64,000 bases of DNA, from positions 1,920,001-1,984,000 of the forward strand of contig AP024596.1 of assembly GCA_019704295.1 (NCBI GenBank), given 5' to 3'. Position numbers and translations under genes: made by a program. Every line of letters starts with the position of its first letter. Position 1 is the first letter of the stretch. This document shows positions 34,239-46,777 of the stretch, piece after piece. A model generated the notes under the pieces. It was not told the origin of the DNA, searched no databases, and saw only the letters and a program-made list of their open reading frames with translations. The DNA is from Sulfolobales archaeon HS-7. GTDB lineage: Archaea > Thermoproteota > Thermoprotei_A > Sulfolobales > Sulfolobaceae.

Positions 34239-34400
34239 GGGCCGTTCCGCGTTCATTGTGAATTCAGTTTATTTAGAAAAAAAGAATGAATTTAATTGAA
34301 TGCTATCATATGGACTAGTGGAGATTGGCACTTAACAATTTCCTTTATTTAATCCCTATTTGCCATAATTACAATTCGCAATGGAAACCTGAATCACCCG
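34239..34400 (-). repeat. MITE-like ~160-bp element, copy B (core inverted relative to A and C)
   Basis: Reverse complement contains cgaattgtaatta...aaattgttaag...aaataaactgaattc, matching copy A. Confidence 0.7.
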
Positions 34401-34435
34401 CATATTATCTTAATCTATAGAATACTAATAAAACT

Positions 34436-36254
34436 ACATTTTTTCAACTTTATCAATACCTAACGCATTAAACGAGTTTCCTAGCACAGTCTTAACCCCC
34501 TTAACTAGGTAAAGTCTACTCGTCTTTTTCCTCTCATCCTCTTCTTGGAGAATCCTCTCCCTAGAGTACCAACTATTGAATAAATCTGCGAGGTTCTTTA
34601 TATAAATTGTTAAATTTTCTAATTGTAACGACTCATATGTAATTTTTAAAATATACGGAAACTTTGCAATAGAAATAAGTATGTCCCTCTTTGTATTAAC
34701 GATATCCTTAGTATCAGCTAGCTCTAAGTTTAACTCCCCGGTAAACTTCGACATTATACTATTAGCCCTTACGTAAGTATATTGTAAATACGGTCCGCTG
34801 TTCTCATTCAGATCCGTAACTCTGTTCACGCTGAAGCTTAACGGCTTAGTAGCTGAAGCGCTCAGTATAGCGTACCTTATTGCAGATCTGGCTAGACTTG
34901 CCGATGTGGAAATATCTCCGTTCTTCTCCAAAATTTTCTGTTTAACAACGCTCTCGACTGCGTTAAAGAGTTCGTCAATAGTGACGTATCTTCCCCTCCT
35001 TCCACTCATCTTAGTTCCCTCCAAATTAACCATAGCGTATGAGTAATGATATAGGTTTTCGGCAATTCTTGTAAATCCTAAAAGGTAAAGTGCAGCTCTT
35101 AACTGAATTTGAGGAATTGTCTGTTCTTCGGCGATGACATTTATAACTAAATCCGAATTTTTGAACTTCTCCAGCGTATAGGCGATATCCCTTATTGTAT
35201 ATAAAGAGGTTCCGTCTTTCCTCGTAACTACTAATGGCGGTATCTTTAAACCTCTGGGTATCTTTAAAATATCTTTCACGTCTTCGGGTAGCTTCTCGAA
35301 AGATATGGCCTTAGCATCCTTATGATAAATTACGTGAGGCGAGCTGAGTATTTCATCAATTATTTTCTTAACTTTTCCACTCCACAATAACTCGCTTTCG
35401 TAATCGTAAAAGTTAAACGACACCCCTAAATTGCTAAGAGTTTCGTTAAATCCGTTTAGTATTTCATTAACAAACTTCCTTATCCTCTCCTTATACTCGT
35501 TATTTCCCTCTTCATATTCTTTGAGGATTCTATTTATTTCTGCTTCTGGATCCGCGTCTTTTTCTATTTCCTCCTTAAGTTTCCAGAATTCGGGAAATCT
35601 TTCGGATAGCTCTTTTGCTATGGCTACTAACTCATCTATTTTTCCCTTATCATTTGGGGTTTTAGATAGCTTAACTATATCAACTATTGTACTGGTCGAG
35701 GCGTACACCAATCCGTAGAAATAGTCTGCTTTAATAGACGGTAGAGGAGATGGCCAATGGAGTTTTTCTAATCCATAAGCTAGTACTCCTACTTGCCTAC
35801 CAGAATCGTTAACGTAGAATCTAGTTGTGACTTCGTCACCCATATAACTGAGAAATCTAGCTAATGCGTCGCCTATTACCGCGTTCCTTAGCGCACCGAT
35901 ATGTAATGGATGTATAGGGTTTGCACTAGTATGTTCTACTACAGTCCTCCTTCCAGTTTTTTTCTCAGGGAATCCATACCTATCGTCTAATTGGGAAAAG
36001 AGAGAACTAAATAGATTATCTACGTTTATTACTGCGTTATAGTATATTCCTACTTTATTTATTTCTTTAATATATTTTTTCCCTATAATTTTGTCAGGTG
36101 CGTTAGCACCTTTTAGCGGAGTTGATAAATCGCCAAACTCCTTCCGAGGGGGTTCGGATATTTTCTTATAAATTATTTCCCGCGACAGACCTGTATATCC
36201 TTCTAGAATTTCCGACATCTCTAACATCGCTTCTTCAATTAAGTCCTGACTCAT
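34436..36254 (-). CDS. argS: Arginyl-tRNA synthetase (start taken at MSQDL)
   Basis: EHTSANPIHPLHIG, DGTSLYTIRDIAY, KMSGRRG, GPYLQY, C-terminal EKM. Confidence 0.96.
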
Positions 36255-36310
36255 AACCAACTCACAATCCTTAAAAGGAATAATAGGCGAATAGTATATA
36301 ATGATTTTCA

Positions 36311-36502
36311 ATGAAAAAGAAAATCGATATACTAATAATAGAGGACTTTACTGGAGAAAGGATTGATGTTCCAGACCATCAGCTTCTTGATACCGGAGAC
36401 TCGGAGATAATAATAACGAAAATCCATATCCCAGACTGGTTAGGGGAGTCGACAGAAACCGGTATTCACGTTAATATCGTGAAGGACGTTGTCGAAACGT
36501 AA
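36311..36502 (+). CDS. Small hypothetical protein
   Basis: 63-aa ORF divergent from argS and overlapping the next gene. Confidence 0.55.
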   Translation: MKKKIDILIIEDFTGERIDVPDHQLLDTGDSEIIITKIHIPDWLGESTETGIHVNIVKDVVET

Positions 36503-36863
36503 AACGTGTCCATATTATAATTCAGGGTTCTGTTTTTCACCCGCATTAGACAAACCGACACAGGATGTGACTTCACCTAGGACTTGTATGGGTGAATACA
36601 CCACATGTAATCTTTACCGACCGACTGATGAGAAGGAGGGAATTGAAAAATTTGAAGCGGACACAGTTGTCGGTTTTTATAAAGAGGTCAACAGTATTAC
36701 GGAAGATATATCAAGTGAGTGTCCCTTCTTTAAACTTATCGATATCGATAATGTAAAACTTGCAATATGCAAGGTTGAAAATAGAGTTTTAACTAAAAGT
36801 CAGGCGTCATTATGTAACAAAAATTGGAGAGATTGCCCTTTTTACAACAGGGAGGTTTTTTAG
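36489..36863 (+). CDS. Cys-rich hypothetical protein with two 4-Cys repeats
   Basis: CPYY..C..C..C and CPFF..C..C..CPFY. Confidence 0.7.
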   Translation: MSKRKTCPYYNSGFCFSPALDKPTQDVTSPRTCMGEYTTCNLYRPTDEKEGIEKFEADTVVGFYKEVNSITEDISSECPFFKLIDIDNVKLAICKVENRVLTKSQASLCNKNWRDCPFYNREVF

Positions 36864-37150
36864 GTACCTAATTTGGCGTATTTTCCGTCGGAAAGTATTG
36901 TCACCACACCGCTCTCGGAAAGGCTATTCAGTGCCCTCCTTATCTTATCCTCGCTTGCAATACCTGAGAGTTTACTATGAAGCTCTTTAAGATTCATTGG
37001 TTGTTCTGACAGTAAATCCAGTAAAATCTGTTTTAATTCATCCTCATTAGGGGCGGTCATCACGGTAACCTCTTTATCGACATACACGACTTTGAGTTTG
37101 TCCTCTACCTCATTTTTCTTGTCAGCGGTAATTTTCCTTTTTCGGGGCAT
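36860..37150 (-). CDS. Small winged-helix (ArsR-like) DNA-binding protein
   Basis: ILLDLLSEQPMNLKELHSKLSGIASEDKIRRALNSLSESGVV. Confidence 0.8.
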   Translation of the reverse strand: MPRKRKITADKKNEVEDKLKVVYVDKEVTVMTAPNEDELKQILLDLLSEQPMNLKELHSKLSGIASEDKIRRALNSLSESGVVTILSDGKYAKLGT

Positions 37151-37238
37151 AAACATCTACCTTATATTACATTCTACCTTCTACTTTATAAAATTTTTAA
37201 CAATTTCCATTTTAGTCTTTTACAAGCCTATTTATTAC

Positions 37239-37997
37239 TTAATAGTTTAAATATTTAATCATATCTCTCTCCGTAATTATACCGTCATCAATAATTATTG
37301 CTCCGACCTCTGGGCTTTCATATAATTCTTTTGCAGCCTCTCCTACGGATATGTTGGGGTATTGCTTTATTGGTACTGCGACCACCGATGCTGGCTCGAA
37401 GAGTGTAGTTGTATCGTAGCCTTCTTCAGCTAATTTTGAGAAGATCCACTTTATTACGTTAAAGAGAGTAACGACGCTAACTATACTAGAGTTGCTTCTT
37501 AGCGGAATTCTTCTTATGTTCTTCGCTATCATCATCTCTAAGATCTCCTCTATAATAGAGTTTTCCTCAAGGGAGATTATCGGTTTAGACACTTCTACAA
37601 CCTTGTCTCCTCTATTGAAGAGTGCTTGAAGAATAGATCTTTCCGAGACTACACTAATCCTATTATTGTGCTCCATGGGGACTACCCCGAATTTCCCCTC
37701 TCGTAATACCTTTACAGCTTCGTCTATAGAAGACGCCTTTACTATGTTTCGCGTCATAATCTCAGAACATTTCTTTTTAAGTAAATTCCTCAGGTTTCCT
37801 ATCTCTAAAAGTTCTATACCTTCCTCGGCTGGCAGAAACAGTCTGCTTGCCAGATCTTTAATGCTAAGGACCCCTACAGCTCTCCCGTTCTGAGATATTA
37901 TTGCATGTTCTGCCTTTTGTTTTACCATGAGACTTACTGCATACCCTATATCCATTTCAGGTGCTATTAACGGAATGAATTTATCTGTTAAATCCAT
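37239..37997 (-). CDS. CBS-domain protein
   Basis: Repeated CBS motifs (GVLSIKDL, VVSERSI, IRRIP, GIITERD). Confidence 0.85.
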   Translation of the reverse strand: MDLTDKFIPLIAPEMDIGYAVSLMVKQKAEHAIISQNGRAVGVLSIKDLASRLFLPAEEGIELLEIGNLRNLLKKKCSEIMTRNIVKASSIDEAVKVLREGKFGVVPMEHNNRISVVSERSILQALFNRGDKVVEVSKPIISLEENSIIEEILEMMIAKNIRRIPLRSNSSIVSVVTLFNVIKWIFSKLAEEGYDTTTLFEPASVVAVPIKQYPNISVGEAAKELYESPEVGAIIIDDGIITERDMIKYLNY

Positions 37998-38515
37998 AGG
38001 CTTATACTAAGTTTCATCTTCGAATAATAAAACATATCATTTCAAGAACATACGGAAATACAACCAATTGTATTTCTTAACGCTTAAAATGTCCTTGTAA
38101 GATCGAAAGATGGGCAAAGTTAATACTACTATGCCTTTGCGGCACTTCCTGAGTTTTGTGTAACTAGCTTTAACAGATACTAGAGTTAACTTGCTAAGAT
38201 CTAAAGCCTTCAATTACTTTCTACCAAATTGTAGAATCTCCTGAAATTCAGGAAAACGCTGTTTTTATTGTGCTAAGAATTTGCTCAAATCCAACGTTGG
38301 AATTATGAGTTGAATAATTTAAGGTAAAATCTCATTCTGTTTTCAGGAACTTAAAGTTCAGACAAAAGACATTCGCTTTCCTTATAACTCAATATTATTT
38401 CAAATTATTAGTCATACATAATTGATATATATTTATAATAATCTAAATCATAACTTCTAACCTATATGTATGGTAATTTTCTTCTTAATAACTAGCTCTT
38501 TTAGAGAGTCTATCA

Positions 38516-38536
38516 GGGGATAACTTAATTATCCCC
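38516..38536. promoter_or_regulatory. Palindromic operator candidate over the TATA region of arginine decarboxylase
   Basis: GGGGATAA-CTTAA-TTATCCCC, perfect 8-5-8 inverted repeat. Confidence 0.5.
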
Positions 38537-38553
38537 CGTGTCACACGTTGATA

Positions 38554-38961
38554 ATGGAGGCTATAGGTAAGGAAATGGCAGAGGAATCCCTCACCACAAA
38601 ACCCCGTGATAGAATCATTGGGAAGCACGTTTTTGGAAACTTATATAGTATCGACGAGAAGATATTAAGGGATAGGGAATACCTACATAGTGTCGTACTT
38701 GATGCAGTTAAGATCGCAAATATGAAACTGGTAGAGTCGAAAAGTTGGGAGTTTGGAGGTCAAAAAGGAGGAGTCTCGGTTATCTCGCTAGTAGAGGAAA
38801 GTCATATCGCTTTACATACATGGGTAGAGTATAGCTATGCGACTGTAGATGTATATACGTGTGGAGAGAATAGCAATCCTGAAGCTGCGTTCAATTACAT
38901 TGTTTCTAAATTAAAACCTAGAGATTACCAAGTGTTTTATGCCGATAGGAGTAGTCAATAA
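38554..38961 (+). CDS. Pyruvoyl-dependent decarboxylase of the SpeD family, probably the crenarchaeal arginine decarboxylase paralog
   Basis: [10 protein letters not shown] cleavage motif, DVYTCG; position beside HMG-CoA synthase matches the arginine-specific paralog by recalled synteny. Confidence 0.8.
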   Translation: MEAIGKEMAEESLTTKPRDRIIGKHVFGNLYSIDEKILRDREYLHSVVLDAVKIANMKLVESKSWEFGGQKGGVSVISLVEESHIALHTWVEYSYATVDVYTCGENSNPEAAFNYIVSKLKPRDYQVFYADRSSQ

Positions 38962-39068
38962 CCAGATCGCAGGGTAACAGTTTCTTAAAGATAGAATAGA
39001 CATTTGTCTATACTCCCCCTAGACGCTAGTCGAAAAATTTATAGAGGGCCTAATATGTATTAGGTAGC

Positions 39069-40115
39069 ATGAAAGCTGGTATAGTCGGATGGGGAGCTTA
39101 CGTCCCAAGATACAGAGTAAGAGTAGCAGACATAGCTAATTTGTGGGGCATAGAGAAAACCACTGTTAAATCTCTAGGTTTACAAGAGAAGTCAGTCCCC
39201 TCTCCAGATGAGGATTCATCAACGTTGGCATGGGAAGCATCGATAAATGCTATAAGAAGGGCAAAGGTTTCACCTAAACAGATAGAAGCAGTTTTCTTTG
39301 GTTCCGAATCAAAGGTATACGCTGTTAAACCCACTGCAACAATTCTAATAGACGCGTTGGGAATAACCAATAATTCTCTAGGTGTTGACATGGAATTTGC
39401 GTGTAGAGGCGCATCAATAGGGCTTAAAACAGCATTAGCGATGACTATTTCCTCACAAACAAAGTACAGTTTGGTTGTAGGGGCTGATATAGCGCAATCT
39501 AATCCCGGTGATGTGCTCGAATTAAGTAGCGCTGCAGCAGCTGTAAGCTTTGTAACAGGTCCTGAAGGTGAATCCGCTGCTGTACTCGAGGAATCCACGT
39601 CTTTTACGAGCGATACTCCAGATTTCTGGCGTAGGGATGGTATGCCATATCCTCATCACGGTGAGGGTTTTACTGGTGAACCAGCGTACTTTTACCACAT
39701 TGAAAACGCCGTCTTGAACCTTCTTGAGAAAACTGGATTAAGGCAGTCCGATTTCGATCACGTTATATTTCATCAACCAAATGGAAAGTTTCCTATTCAA
39801 GTAGCTAGGAAACTTGGCTTCCCTATAGAGAGAACTAAGGAGGGAATGGTTGCCCCGTATATAGGAAACCCCTATAACGCTTCAGCACTTTTAGGTTTCG
39901 CAAAAGTTCTTGATATAGCTAAACCTGGGCAGCGGGTACTAGTGGTTCCTTTTGGAAGTGGAGCAGGAAGCGATGCGTTTAGTTTCCTCATAACTGATAA
40001 GATAGAGGAGAAGAAGGCCTTAGCTCCCACAACGTCCTATTACATAGACAGGAAGAGCGTAGTCGATTACGCGTTTTACGCGAAGCATACTCATAAAATA
40101 AAGGTGATAGAATGA
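39069..40115 (+). CDS. hmgB: Hydroxymethylglutaryl-CoA synthase
   Basis: [33 protein letters not shown]. Confidence 0.93.
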   Translation: MKAGIVGWGAYVPRYRVRVADIANLWGIEKTTVKSLGLQEKSVPSPDEDSSTLAWEASINAIRRAKVSPKQIEAVFFGSESKVYAVKPTATILIDALGITNNSLGVDMEFACRGASIGLKTALAMTISSQTKYSLVVGADIAQSNPGDVLELSSAAAAVSFVTGPEGESAAVLEESTSFTSDTPDFWRRDGMPYPHHGEGFTGEPAYFYHIENAVLNLLEKTGLRQSDFDHVIFHQPNGKFPIQVARKLGFPIERTKEGMVAPYIGNPYNASALLGFAKVLDIAKPGQRVLVVPFGSGAGSDAFSFLITDKIEEKKALAPTTSYYIDRKSVVDYAFYAKHTHKIKVIE

Positions 40116-41212
40116 GTAAAGTTTACATAGCAGGAGCCTCAATGACGAAAGTTGATAGACATTATGATATGGGAATAAATGAGTTATATCTGGAGACATT
40201 CCAGGGCTTGAGAAATACAGTTAAAGAATGGATAAAACCAGATACGTTAATAGTGGCTAATACGTATGGAGAGGCCGTAGAGAACTCGTTAGCTCTTGGA
40301 GAAAAACTAGCGTCCACATCGTCACTACAGGGAATAAGAACTTTTCGCGTTGAGAATGGAGATGCGAGTGGAGGGGCAGCAATAGATTTAGCCTTCACGC
40401 TGGTGAAGTCTGGGGTTTCCAAAACAGTTTTGGTATCTGGGGTTGAAAAAACTTCAGACTACCCATCAAAATATATGACAGAATTTTATTCTAAAACTCT
40501 AAATAAATATGAGTTTTATAGTGGGATAAATCCCGCATCAATTGCGGCATTAATGATGAATATGTATATGAAAAAATACGGAAAAGACTCGTCCTATTTC
40601 GCAAAATGGCCAATAAGAATGCATTCAAACGCAGTAGAGAATCCATACGCTTATTTGAAATTTAAGATAGATGAAAACACTTATTACAACTCTCAAGTTA
40701 TATCGTCGCCGTTAAGGCTATTCGATTCTGGAGCTAGAGCAGACGGAGCAGCAAGTGTAATCGTAACTGACGAGGAAAATGCTAGGAAAATATCCGATTC
40801 ACCTATAGAGATATTAGGCGTATCAACATCATCCTATTGTTACCAACCTGAGTTAACACTTCCCGCTGTTAAGGACTCCTTTTCTAACGTTACCAATAAA
40901 CTGGGGGGAGTTCCTAAGATTATAGAGATTCACGATTCTTACTCCATTCTAGCAGCGCTGGTGCTAGAGTCATCCGGCTTATCAAAGTACGGTTCTTCGT
41001 TAGATGATATACCGGACGGAGTAAACTTAAGTGGTGGTCTGAAAGCAAGAGGATATCCTGGTGGCGCCACCGGAATATATCAGCTAGGTGAGATATATAT
41101 GCAGCTAGCTGGAACTTTTCCAGGAAAAAGAGAAACAGGTGAAAGCGGAGCTATAATTTCTACAGGCGAATTAGGAAGTTCCGCATATTCAGTTGTGCTG
41201 GTGAGAAAATGA
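40112..41212 (+). CDS. Thiolase-family protein with substituted catalytic residues
   Basis: Thiolase fold, but ENGDASG, HDSY and GYP replace CxS, HDC/AF and GHP. Confidence 0.85.
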   Translation: MSKVYIAGASMTKVDRHYDMGINELYLETFQGLRNTVKEWIKPDTLIVANTYGEAVENSLALGEKLASTSSLQGIRTFRVENGDASGGAAIDLAFTLVKSGVSKTVLVSGVEKTSDYPSKYMTEFYSKTLNKYEFYSGINPASIAALMMNMYMKKYGKDSSYFAKWPIRMHSNAVENPYAYLKFKIDENTYYNSQVISSPLRLFDSGARADGAASVIVTDEENARKISDSPIEILGVSTSSYCYQPELTLPAVKDSFSNVTNKLGGVPKIIEIHDSYSILAALVLESSGLSKYGSSLDDIPDGVNLSGGLKARGYPGGATGIYQLGEIYMQLAGTFPGKRETGESGAIISTGELGSSAYSVVLVRK

Positions 41213-41604
41213 GGCTAACACCTCCAATCTTATGGAGAAGCAAGGGGTCATTTTACCAACTTGTTGCATCAAAATGTGAAGAATGCGGTAAATTCACTTT
41301 TCCCGTACAAAGCGTATGTATGCATTGTGGCAGTAGTAAGGTAATCCAAGAAAAGTTAAGTGGAAGAGGAAAAGTAGTCTCTTTTACTGTAAATTATCAA
41401 CATAGAACGGGGTTTGAAAAGGAGATGCCCCAGATCATAGGACTAATAGAGTTGGAGGAGGGGATCACTATAACGGCTCCCATAGTTGAAGTCTCTCCCG
41501 ATGAGTTAAAGGAAGGGACTGAAGTTACTGCATGTCTTAGAAGAGCTAGAGCGGATTCCACAAACGGTTTAATACAATATATTTTTAAATTTAGGCCGGT
41601 GTAG
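41209..41604 (+). CDS. DUF35 Zn-ribbon/OB-fold scaffold protein
   Basis: CEECG..FP..CMHCG followed by an OB fold; HMGCS-thiolase context. Confidence 0.9.
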   Translation: MRLTPPILWRSKGSFYQLVASKCEECGKFTFPVQSVCMHCGSSKVIQEKLSGRGKVVSFTVNYQHRTGFEKEMPQIIGLIELEEGITITAPIVEVSPDELKEGTEVTACLRRARADSTNGLIQYIFKFRPV

Positions 41605-42831
41605 ATGGAATTAGACGAACTGTTAAAAAAATTGGAAAAAAAAGAAATTGATTTCAATAAGCTGGAGAGTTACTTAAATCCAAATGAAGCTGCTCTTCTC
41701 CGTAGGCTATTCATAGAGAAGAACAGTGGTAAAAGCTTATCCTCTATCGGTTCTACTATAATAGATTTTAAAGACGTTTATGGGAAAAACATAGAGAATC
41801 CTATAGGTGCAACTCAGATTCCGTTAGGAGTAGCCGGTCCCATCAATATTAATGGGAACTATGCAAAGGGATCATTTTACGTACCTCTTGCAACAACTGA
41901 AGGAGCTCTAGTAGCGAGCGTTAATAGAGGGATAAAGGCAGTAAATGCATCAGGGGGCGTAAACGTAATTATCATTCATGATAGTATGACACGAGCTCCA
42001 GTTTTCTCGCTTCCCTCTATTAGCTATTGCAAATTATTCATTAATTGGATTAATGAGAATTTTAGTAAAATAAAGGAAGTTGCGGAAAGCACTACTAAAT
42101 ACGGAAAGCTTAAGAGCATTGATACGTTTGTTACTGGAAACAACGTGTGGCTTAGATTCTCATTTTCTACAGGTGACGCAATGGGAATGAATATGGTAAC
42201 GTTAGCAGTGGAGAAAGCTTGCGAATATATAGAAAAAGGTTTTCCTGAAGCTAAGTGCATCGCCGTTAGCGGAAACATGTGTTCAGATAAGAAATTATCA
42301 TATGTCAACACTCTTCTTGGGAGAGGAAAGACAGTAATTGCTGAAGCAATATTACCAGGTAAGATCGTAAAAGAGTTTCTAAAATCCAGAGCAGAAGAAA
42401 TAGTAGAAACTAATCTCAGGAAGAATTGGCTGGGGAGCGCTAGAGCTGGTAGTCCCCAGTTCAACGCACATTTTGCAAACATAATTACCGCTATTTTCAT
42501 AGCAACAGGACAGGATGTAGCACAAGTGATAGAAAGTAGTAGCGGATACACATGGGCGGAAGTAAGGGAGGATAACCTTTATTTTTCCGTAACTTTGCCT
42601 TCATTAGAAGTGGGTACTGTCGGAGGAGGAACACAATTGCCTACGCAGTCCGAAGCCCTTAATTTGCTTGAGGTTAAGGGTAGCGGAAATCCGCCTGGTT
42701 CCAACTCCTTAAAATTTGCGGAAATTATAGCAGCAACTGTTCTCGCAGGAGAGTTAAATTTACTTGCGGCAATTACGTCGAGAGAACTAGGTAAGGCGCA
42801 TATGAAATATGGAAGAAAAATGAATGTTTAA
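41605..42831 (+). CDS. hmgA: HMG-CoA reductase, class I
   Basis: [28 protein letters not shown]. Confidence 0.96.
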   Translation: MELDELLKKLEKKEIDFNKLESYLNPNEAALLRRLFIEKNSGKSLSSIGSTIIDFKDVYGKNIENPIGATQIPLGVAGPININGNYAKGSFYVPLATTEGALVASVNRGIKAVNASGGVNVIIIHDSMTRAPVFSLPSISYCKLFINWINENFSKIKEVAESTTKYGKLKSIDTFVTGNNVWLRFSFSTGDAMGMNMVTLAVEKACEYIEKGFPEAKCIAVSGNMCSDKKLSYVNTLLGRGKTVIAEAILPGKIVKEFLKSRAEEIVETNLRKNWLGSARAGSPQFNAHFANIITAIFIATGQDVAQVIESSSGYTWAEVREDNLYFSVTLPSLEVGTVGGGTQLPTQSEALNLLEVKGSGNPPGSNSLKFAEIIAATVLAGELNLLAAITSRELGKAHMKYGRKMNV

Positions 42832-42855
42832 AAGTAAAGAAAATAATGTTGATAT

Positions 42856-44151
42856 ATGAGCGAATCGCAAACGTTAGAGGAAATAATTAAAATTACATAC
42901 AGTCATAATAAGTGGAGGAGAACGGAAACTCTTAATCTGATTCCTTCCGAAAACGTAATGAGTCCATTAGCGGAGTCCCTTTACCTTACGGACATGATGT
43001 CTAGATATGCTGAGGGCAAACCTTATAAAAGGTACTATCAGGGGACTAAGTTCGTGGACGAGATCGAGGTTTTAGCAAATAAGTTAATTTCGCAGGTATC
43101 TAATGCTAAGTATTCAGATCTAAAGGCGACAAGCGGAACTATAGCTAATGCGGCGGTATTTAGAACACTAGCAAACTGCGGAGACAAGGCTGTCATAGCA
43201 CCAGTACAAGCGGGAGCCCATGTGAGCCACACCCGCTTCGGAACATTGGGAGCTTTAGGCATAAAGCAAATAGACATGTCTTATGATCAGGAGATATATA
43301 ATATTGATGTGGACAACGCAGTGAAGTTAATTGAAAAAGAGGCACCTAAGTTTGTAGTTTTAGGGGGAAGCCTTTACCTATTCCCTCACCCAGTGAAGGA
43401 AATTGCTGAGGCAGCGCATTCAGTAAACGCTCAGCTAGTGTATGACGCTGCACATGTTTACGGTCTTATAACAGGTGGAGTATGGGAAAATCCTTTAAGT
43501 CAAGGGGCTGACGTAATGACGGCATCTACACATAAGACTTTTCCCGGACCTCAGGGAGGCGTCATAGTTTCTAATGAGGAGGAAGTATTTAAGCCTATAT
43601 CAAAGAACGTATTTCCCTGGTTTGTAAGTAACCACCACTTACATAGACTGCCAGCAACCGCAGTAACTGCTCTTGAAATGATAAAATTCGGTCACGAATA
43701 CGCTTCACAAATTGTAAAAAATGCAAAATCGTTGGCGGAAAGTTTAGTTTCTAGGGGATTTAAGGTGATTGGCGAAGAGTTAGGATACACGTCAAGTCAT
43801 CAAGTGGCAATAAACGTTAAAGAACTTGGAGGTGGTGCATACGTAGCTAAGGAATTGGAGGAAGCTAACATTATTACAAATAAAAATCTGCTTCCACAAG
43901 ATACCCCAGACAAGGTTGAAAATCCTAGTGGTATAAGACTTGGGGTACAGGAAATGACACGTTATGGAATGAAGGAGGATGATATGGATAGGATTGCGTC
44001 GTTTATGGAGTCGTTATTAATAAGAAAAGAAAGTAAAGATAAAATTAAGCACGAAGTTATCGAATTCAGGTCTCAATTCCTCGAAGTCAAGTATACGTTT
44101 AATATAGACTTAGGTAAGTATTCTAGTTTTAAAATACCCATGCTTATCTAA
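42856..44151 (+). CDS. glyA: Serine hydroxymethyltransferase
   Basis: [24 protein letters not shown]. Confidence 0.96.
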   Translation: MSESQTLEEIIKITYSHNKWRRTETLNLIPSENVMSPLAESLYLTDMMSRYAEGKPYKRYYQGTKFVDEIEVLANKLISQVSNAKYSDLKATSGTIANAAVFRTLANCGDKAVIAPVQAGAHVSHTRFGTLGALGIKQIDMSYDQEIYNIDVDNAVKLIEKEAPKFVVLGGSLYLFPHPVKEIAEAAHSVNAQLVYDAAHVYGLITGGVWENPLSQGADVMTASTHKTFPGPQGGVIVSNEEEVFKPISKNVFPWFVSNHHLHRLPATAVTALEMIKFGHEYASQIVKNAKSLAESLVSRGFKVIGEELGYTSSHQVAINVKELGGGAYVAKELEEANIITNKNLLPQDTPDKVENPSGIRLGVQEMTRYGMKEDDMDRIASFMESLLIRKESKDKIKHEVIEFRSQFLEVKYTFNIDLGKYSSFKIPMLI

Positions 44152-44551
44152 CTAAAATCACGGTAGTTATTGCGTTAGCTCCTATTGATAATGCCACGGA
44201 ACCTATATTTATGTCATTGTTCACAGAAGAGCCTCTAGCCCCTAGGATCACTGCATCATAGGTATTTGCGTTCATTTCGTTCAAGATTTCATTCGCGATA
44301 CTGCTGGTAGTTAGATCGAGTTTAACTTTCTTATAGCTAAGTTTAACCTTATCGCTAACCCTTTCCTCTACTTTCTTTTCTACTTCCTCACATTCATTGC
44401 TACATACGTTTATTACCGTAATTTTTGAACCGTATCGCATCGCGAAATCGATAGCTAAATCTAAAGCTCTCATACTATTCGCTGAACCGTCAACTGGGAC
44501 TAATACATTCCGAAACCAGAAGCTGACCTCGTAAGTAGGGGGGAAACTCAT
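44144..44551 (-). CDS. Universal stress protein
   Basis: [20 protein letters not shown]. Confidence 0.9.
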   Translation of the reverse strand: MSFPPTYEVSFWFRNVLVPVDGSANSMRALDLAIDFAMRYGSKITVINVCSNECEEVEKKVEERVSDKVKLSYKKVKLDLTTSSIANEILNEMNANTYDAVILGARGSSVNNDINIGSVALSIGANAITTVILVR

Positions 44552-45561
44552 AATAACTCTCCTCTCATAATCCCTAGATTTCTATCAGTTAGTTCTTTTG
44601 AATCTTTATATCCCATAGATGCCCTTATTGCATCTATGTTCTCCGGAACCACTATAGATTCTTGGTGAACTGCGTAAACTAAATTGATAAGGTTCTGTCT
44701 TACGTCTATCGAACCTTCAAATACGGCGACTTCGTACAGATCTCCTCTGATTCTACCGAGATCCCTAGTAACTTCTAGTATTTCTGCCGTGCCCTCTATT
44801 TCGGCTGTTAGTGGAATTACTACTATTCGACTAGTATTCCTAAGAGTGTCAAGTACTTCTTCTTTCGTAACATCTCTTTTTGTCCTTACTTCTAAAGAGT
44901 GCATATGCATTAGAGTGGTTGGTGCTATTATGGCAGTAGTATATATATCTAAGTCCTTAAGCACTGTTTTCACGTCTGCGGCGTGATGACTTGGCTGTGT
45001 AACGGGATCTAAATCCAGCGAGTTTATTGGGCCCTTTCCCGTTTCTTTAGGATCAGCCCCTCTTCTGACTATTGTCGCTCTAACTCTTTCCAACCCAGCT
45101 AAACCATTTATTGTACATAGAACTCTAAGGAGACCGGTTGTGTTACATGAGACTACTCTTATATACTTCTTATCAATTCCCTCGTCATAATTACATAATG
45201 CGGAGAAGGAGATGTCAGCGACATTGGCCTTCTCGCCGCCCTGAAATATAGCTTTTTTCCCAAGCTTACTATACTGTTCTTTATACTTTACTCCTATCCC
45301 CCCTGGAGTTGCATCCACTATGATATCAGCTTTCTCGAATAGAGCATTAATGTCGCCTGCAACCTTAATTCCCCTTTTTTCGAACTCATCTTCACTTTGA
45401 TGTGGAACGAATAAGGGATATCCTTTCCTTATAGCGATCATTGCCTCATATGACGGTCTAGTCTTGGAAACACCTACTAGTTCCATATCGTTCTGTTGCT
45501 TTATCGCGTCCGCGACTCTCTTGCCTATAGTTCCATAACCGTTAACTGCTACTTTTATCAT
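44548..45561 (-). CDS. gap: Glyceraldehyde-3-phosphate dehydrogenase (archaeal type II)
   Basis: [30 protein letters not shown]. Confidence 0.96.
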   Translation of the reverse strand: MIKVAVNGYGTIGKRVADAIKQQNDMELVGVSKTRPSYEAMIAIRKGYPLFVPHQSEDEFEKRGIKVAGDINALFEKADIIVDATPGGIGVKYKEQYSKLGKKAIFQGGEKANVADISFSALCNYDEGIDKKYIRVVSCNTTGLLRVLCTINGLAGLERVRATIVRRGADPKETGKGPINSLDLDPVTQPSHHAADVKTVLKDLDIYTTAIIAPTTLMHMHSLEVRTKRDVTKEEVLDTLRNTSRIVVIPLTAEIEGTAEILEVTRDLGRIRGDLYEVAVFEGSIDVRQNLINLVYAVHQESIVVPENIDAIRASMGYKDSKELTDRNLGIMRGELL

Positions 45562-46777
45562 CCTGTACACCCCTACTTAGAGCTTCGATGGCAGGAAGCT
45601 TTTCGCCTGCAAGAAACAAAAGCAGCGCCCCGCCACCAGTAGATACGTGAGTTTTTGAAGGATCTATTGTCGTATAATCTAACATACTAATCATGTGGCC
45701 GCCACCAACTATTACAAACCCTTTGCTTTCCATTGCTGAAGTCATAATCCTAATCGTCCCTTCCCTAAACCTTTCGTCTTCAATAACACCCATAGGACCC
45801 CTCAATACTATCACGCTTGCTTCCTTCATAAGTGAGGAATAAACACTAACTGTAGTTTCCCCTACGTCCTTTATTAGATTTTCAACTTTTGACGCCGGTT
45901 CGTTACGGATCTCCCCTTTTTCATCAACAGTTTTGAAATCTAAAGGTATTTCTAAAGGAGCACCGCTTAGCAGGGTTTTTCTAGCCCTTGGAATAAGTGA
46001 CGTCGCTCCAGTCTTTTCTAAAACCTCTAAATTCGCTTTTCCCAGATTAAGTCCTTTTGCTGCAGCGAATAGGACTGATACGAGGCCTCCGAGAAGAATT
46101 CTATCCGCTACCCTATGTCTTGATAAATTTTCTATAATCCTTATACTATCGTGAATTTTCCCCCCGCCCATAACAAATACCTTAGGGCCGTCATTGGGGT
46201 TGAATATTTTAGAAAGGGCGCTAACTTCCTTTTCCATTACTCTTCCAGCCGCTGAGGGTAATAAATAAGGGAACCCAACTAAACTTGGTTGACTCCTATG
46301 GGATGCTGCAAAAGCATCATTTATAAAAAGGTTGAAAAGAGGGGCTAACTTCTTTACTAAAAAAGTTCTTGCCTGCCTCTCCATCTCCGTTTCCACGATT
46401 TCCTCGGAAATCATTCTAATATTCTCAAGAAGTAATACGTCTTTAGGACCAGCCTGCTTTATCTTTTGAATCGCATAAGGACCTATAATATCCTCTACAA
46501 ATTCCACAGTGTGTCCTAGATGCCTGGATAACAGTTCTGCATGCTGATTTAGTGAGATGAAATCATCGTCACCAGGTCTTCCCTGATGAGATAATATTGT
46601 AATAGAAGCGTTATTTTCCAGAAGTTCTTTGATAGTTTGTATGTGGGACTTTATTCTAGAATCATCAAGTACCTTACCTGTTTTCTTGTCGACAGGAGAA
46701 TTTATATCTACTCTTAACAAGACCTTTTTGTTTTTGATTTCCACATCATCCATTGTTGGTATAGTAAGCGAATTCAC
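45542..46777 (-). CDS. pgk: Phosphoglycerate kinase (start approximate)
   Basis: [28 protein letters not shown]. Confidence 0.95.
   Translation of the reverse strand: MNSLTIPTMDDVEIKNKKVLLRVDINSPVDKKTGKVLDDSRIKSHIQTIKELLENNASITILSHQGRPGDDDFISLNQHAELLSRHLGHTVEFVEDIIGPYAIQKIKQAGPKDVLLLENIRMISEEIVETEMERQARTFLVKKLAPLFNLFINDAFAASHRSQPSLVGFPYLLPSAAGRVMEKEVSALSKIFNPNDGPKVFVMGGGKIHDSIRIIENLSRHRVADRILLGGLVSVLFAAAKGLNLGKANLEVLEKTGATSLIPRARKTLLSGAPLEIPLDFKTVDEKGEIRNEPASKVENLIKDVGETTVSVYSSLMKEASVIVLRGPMGVIEDERFREGTIRIMTSAMESKGFVIVGGGHMISMLDYTTIDPSKTHVSTGGGALLLFLAGEKLPAIEALSRGVQDDKSSS

Noticed and set aside
33970-34435. attR copy of the tRNA-Arg 3' end
   Set aside because: Searched by eye for GGGTTCAAATCCCGGCGGGTCC and not found here or elsewhere in the window
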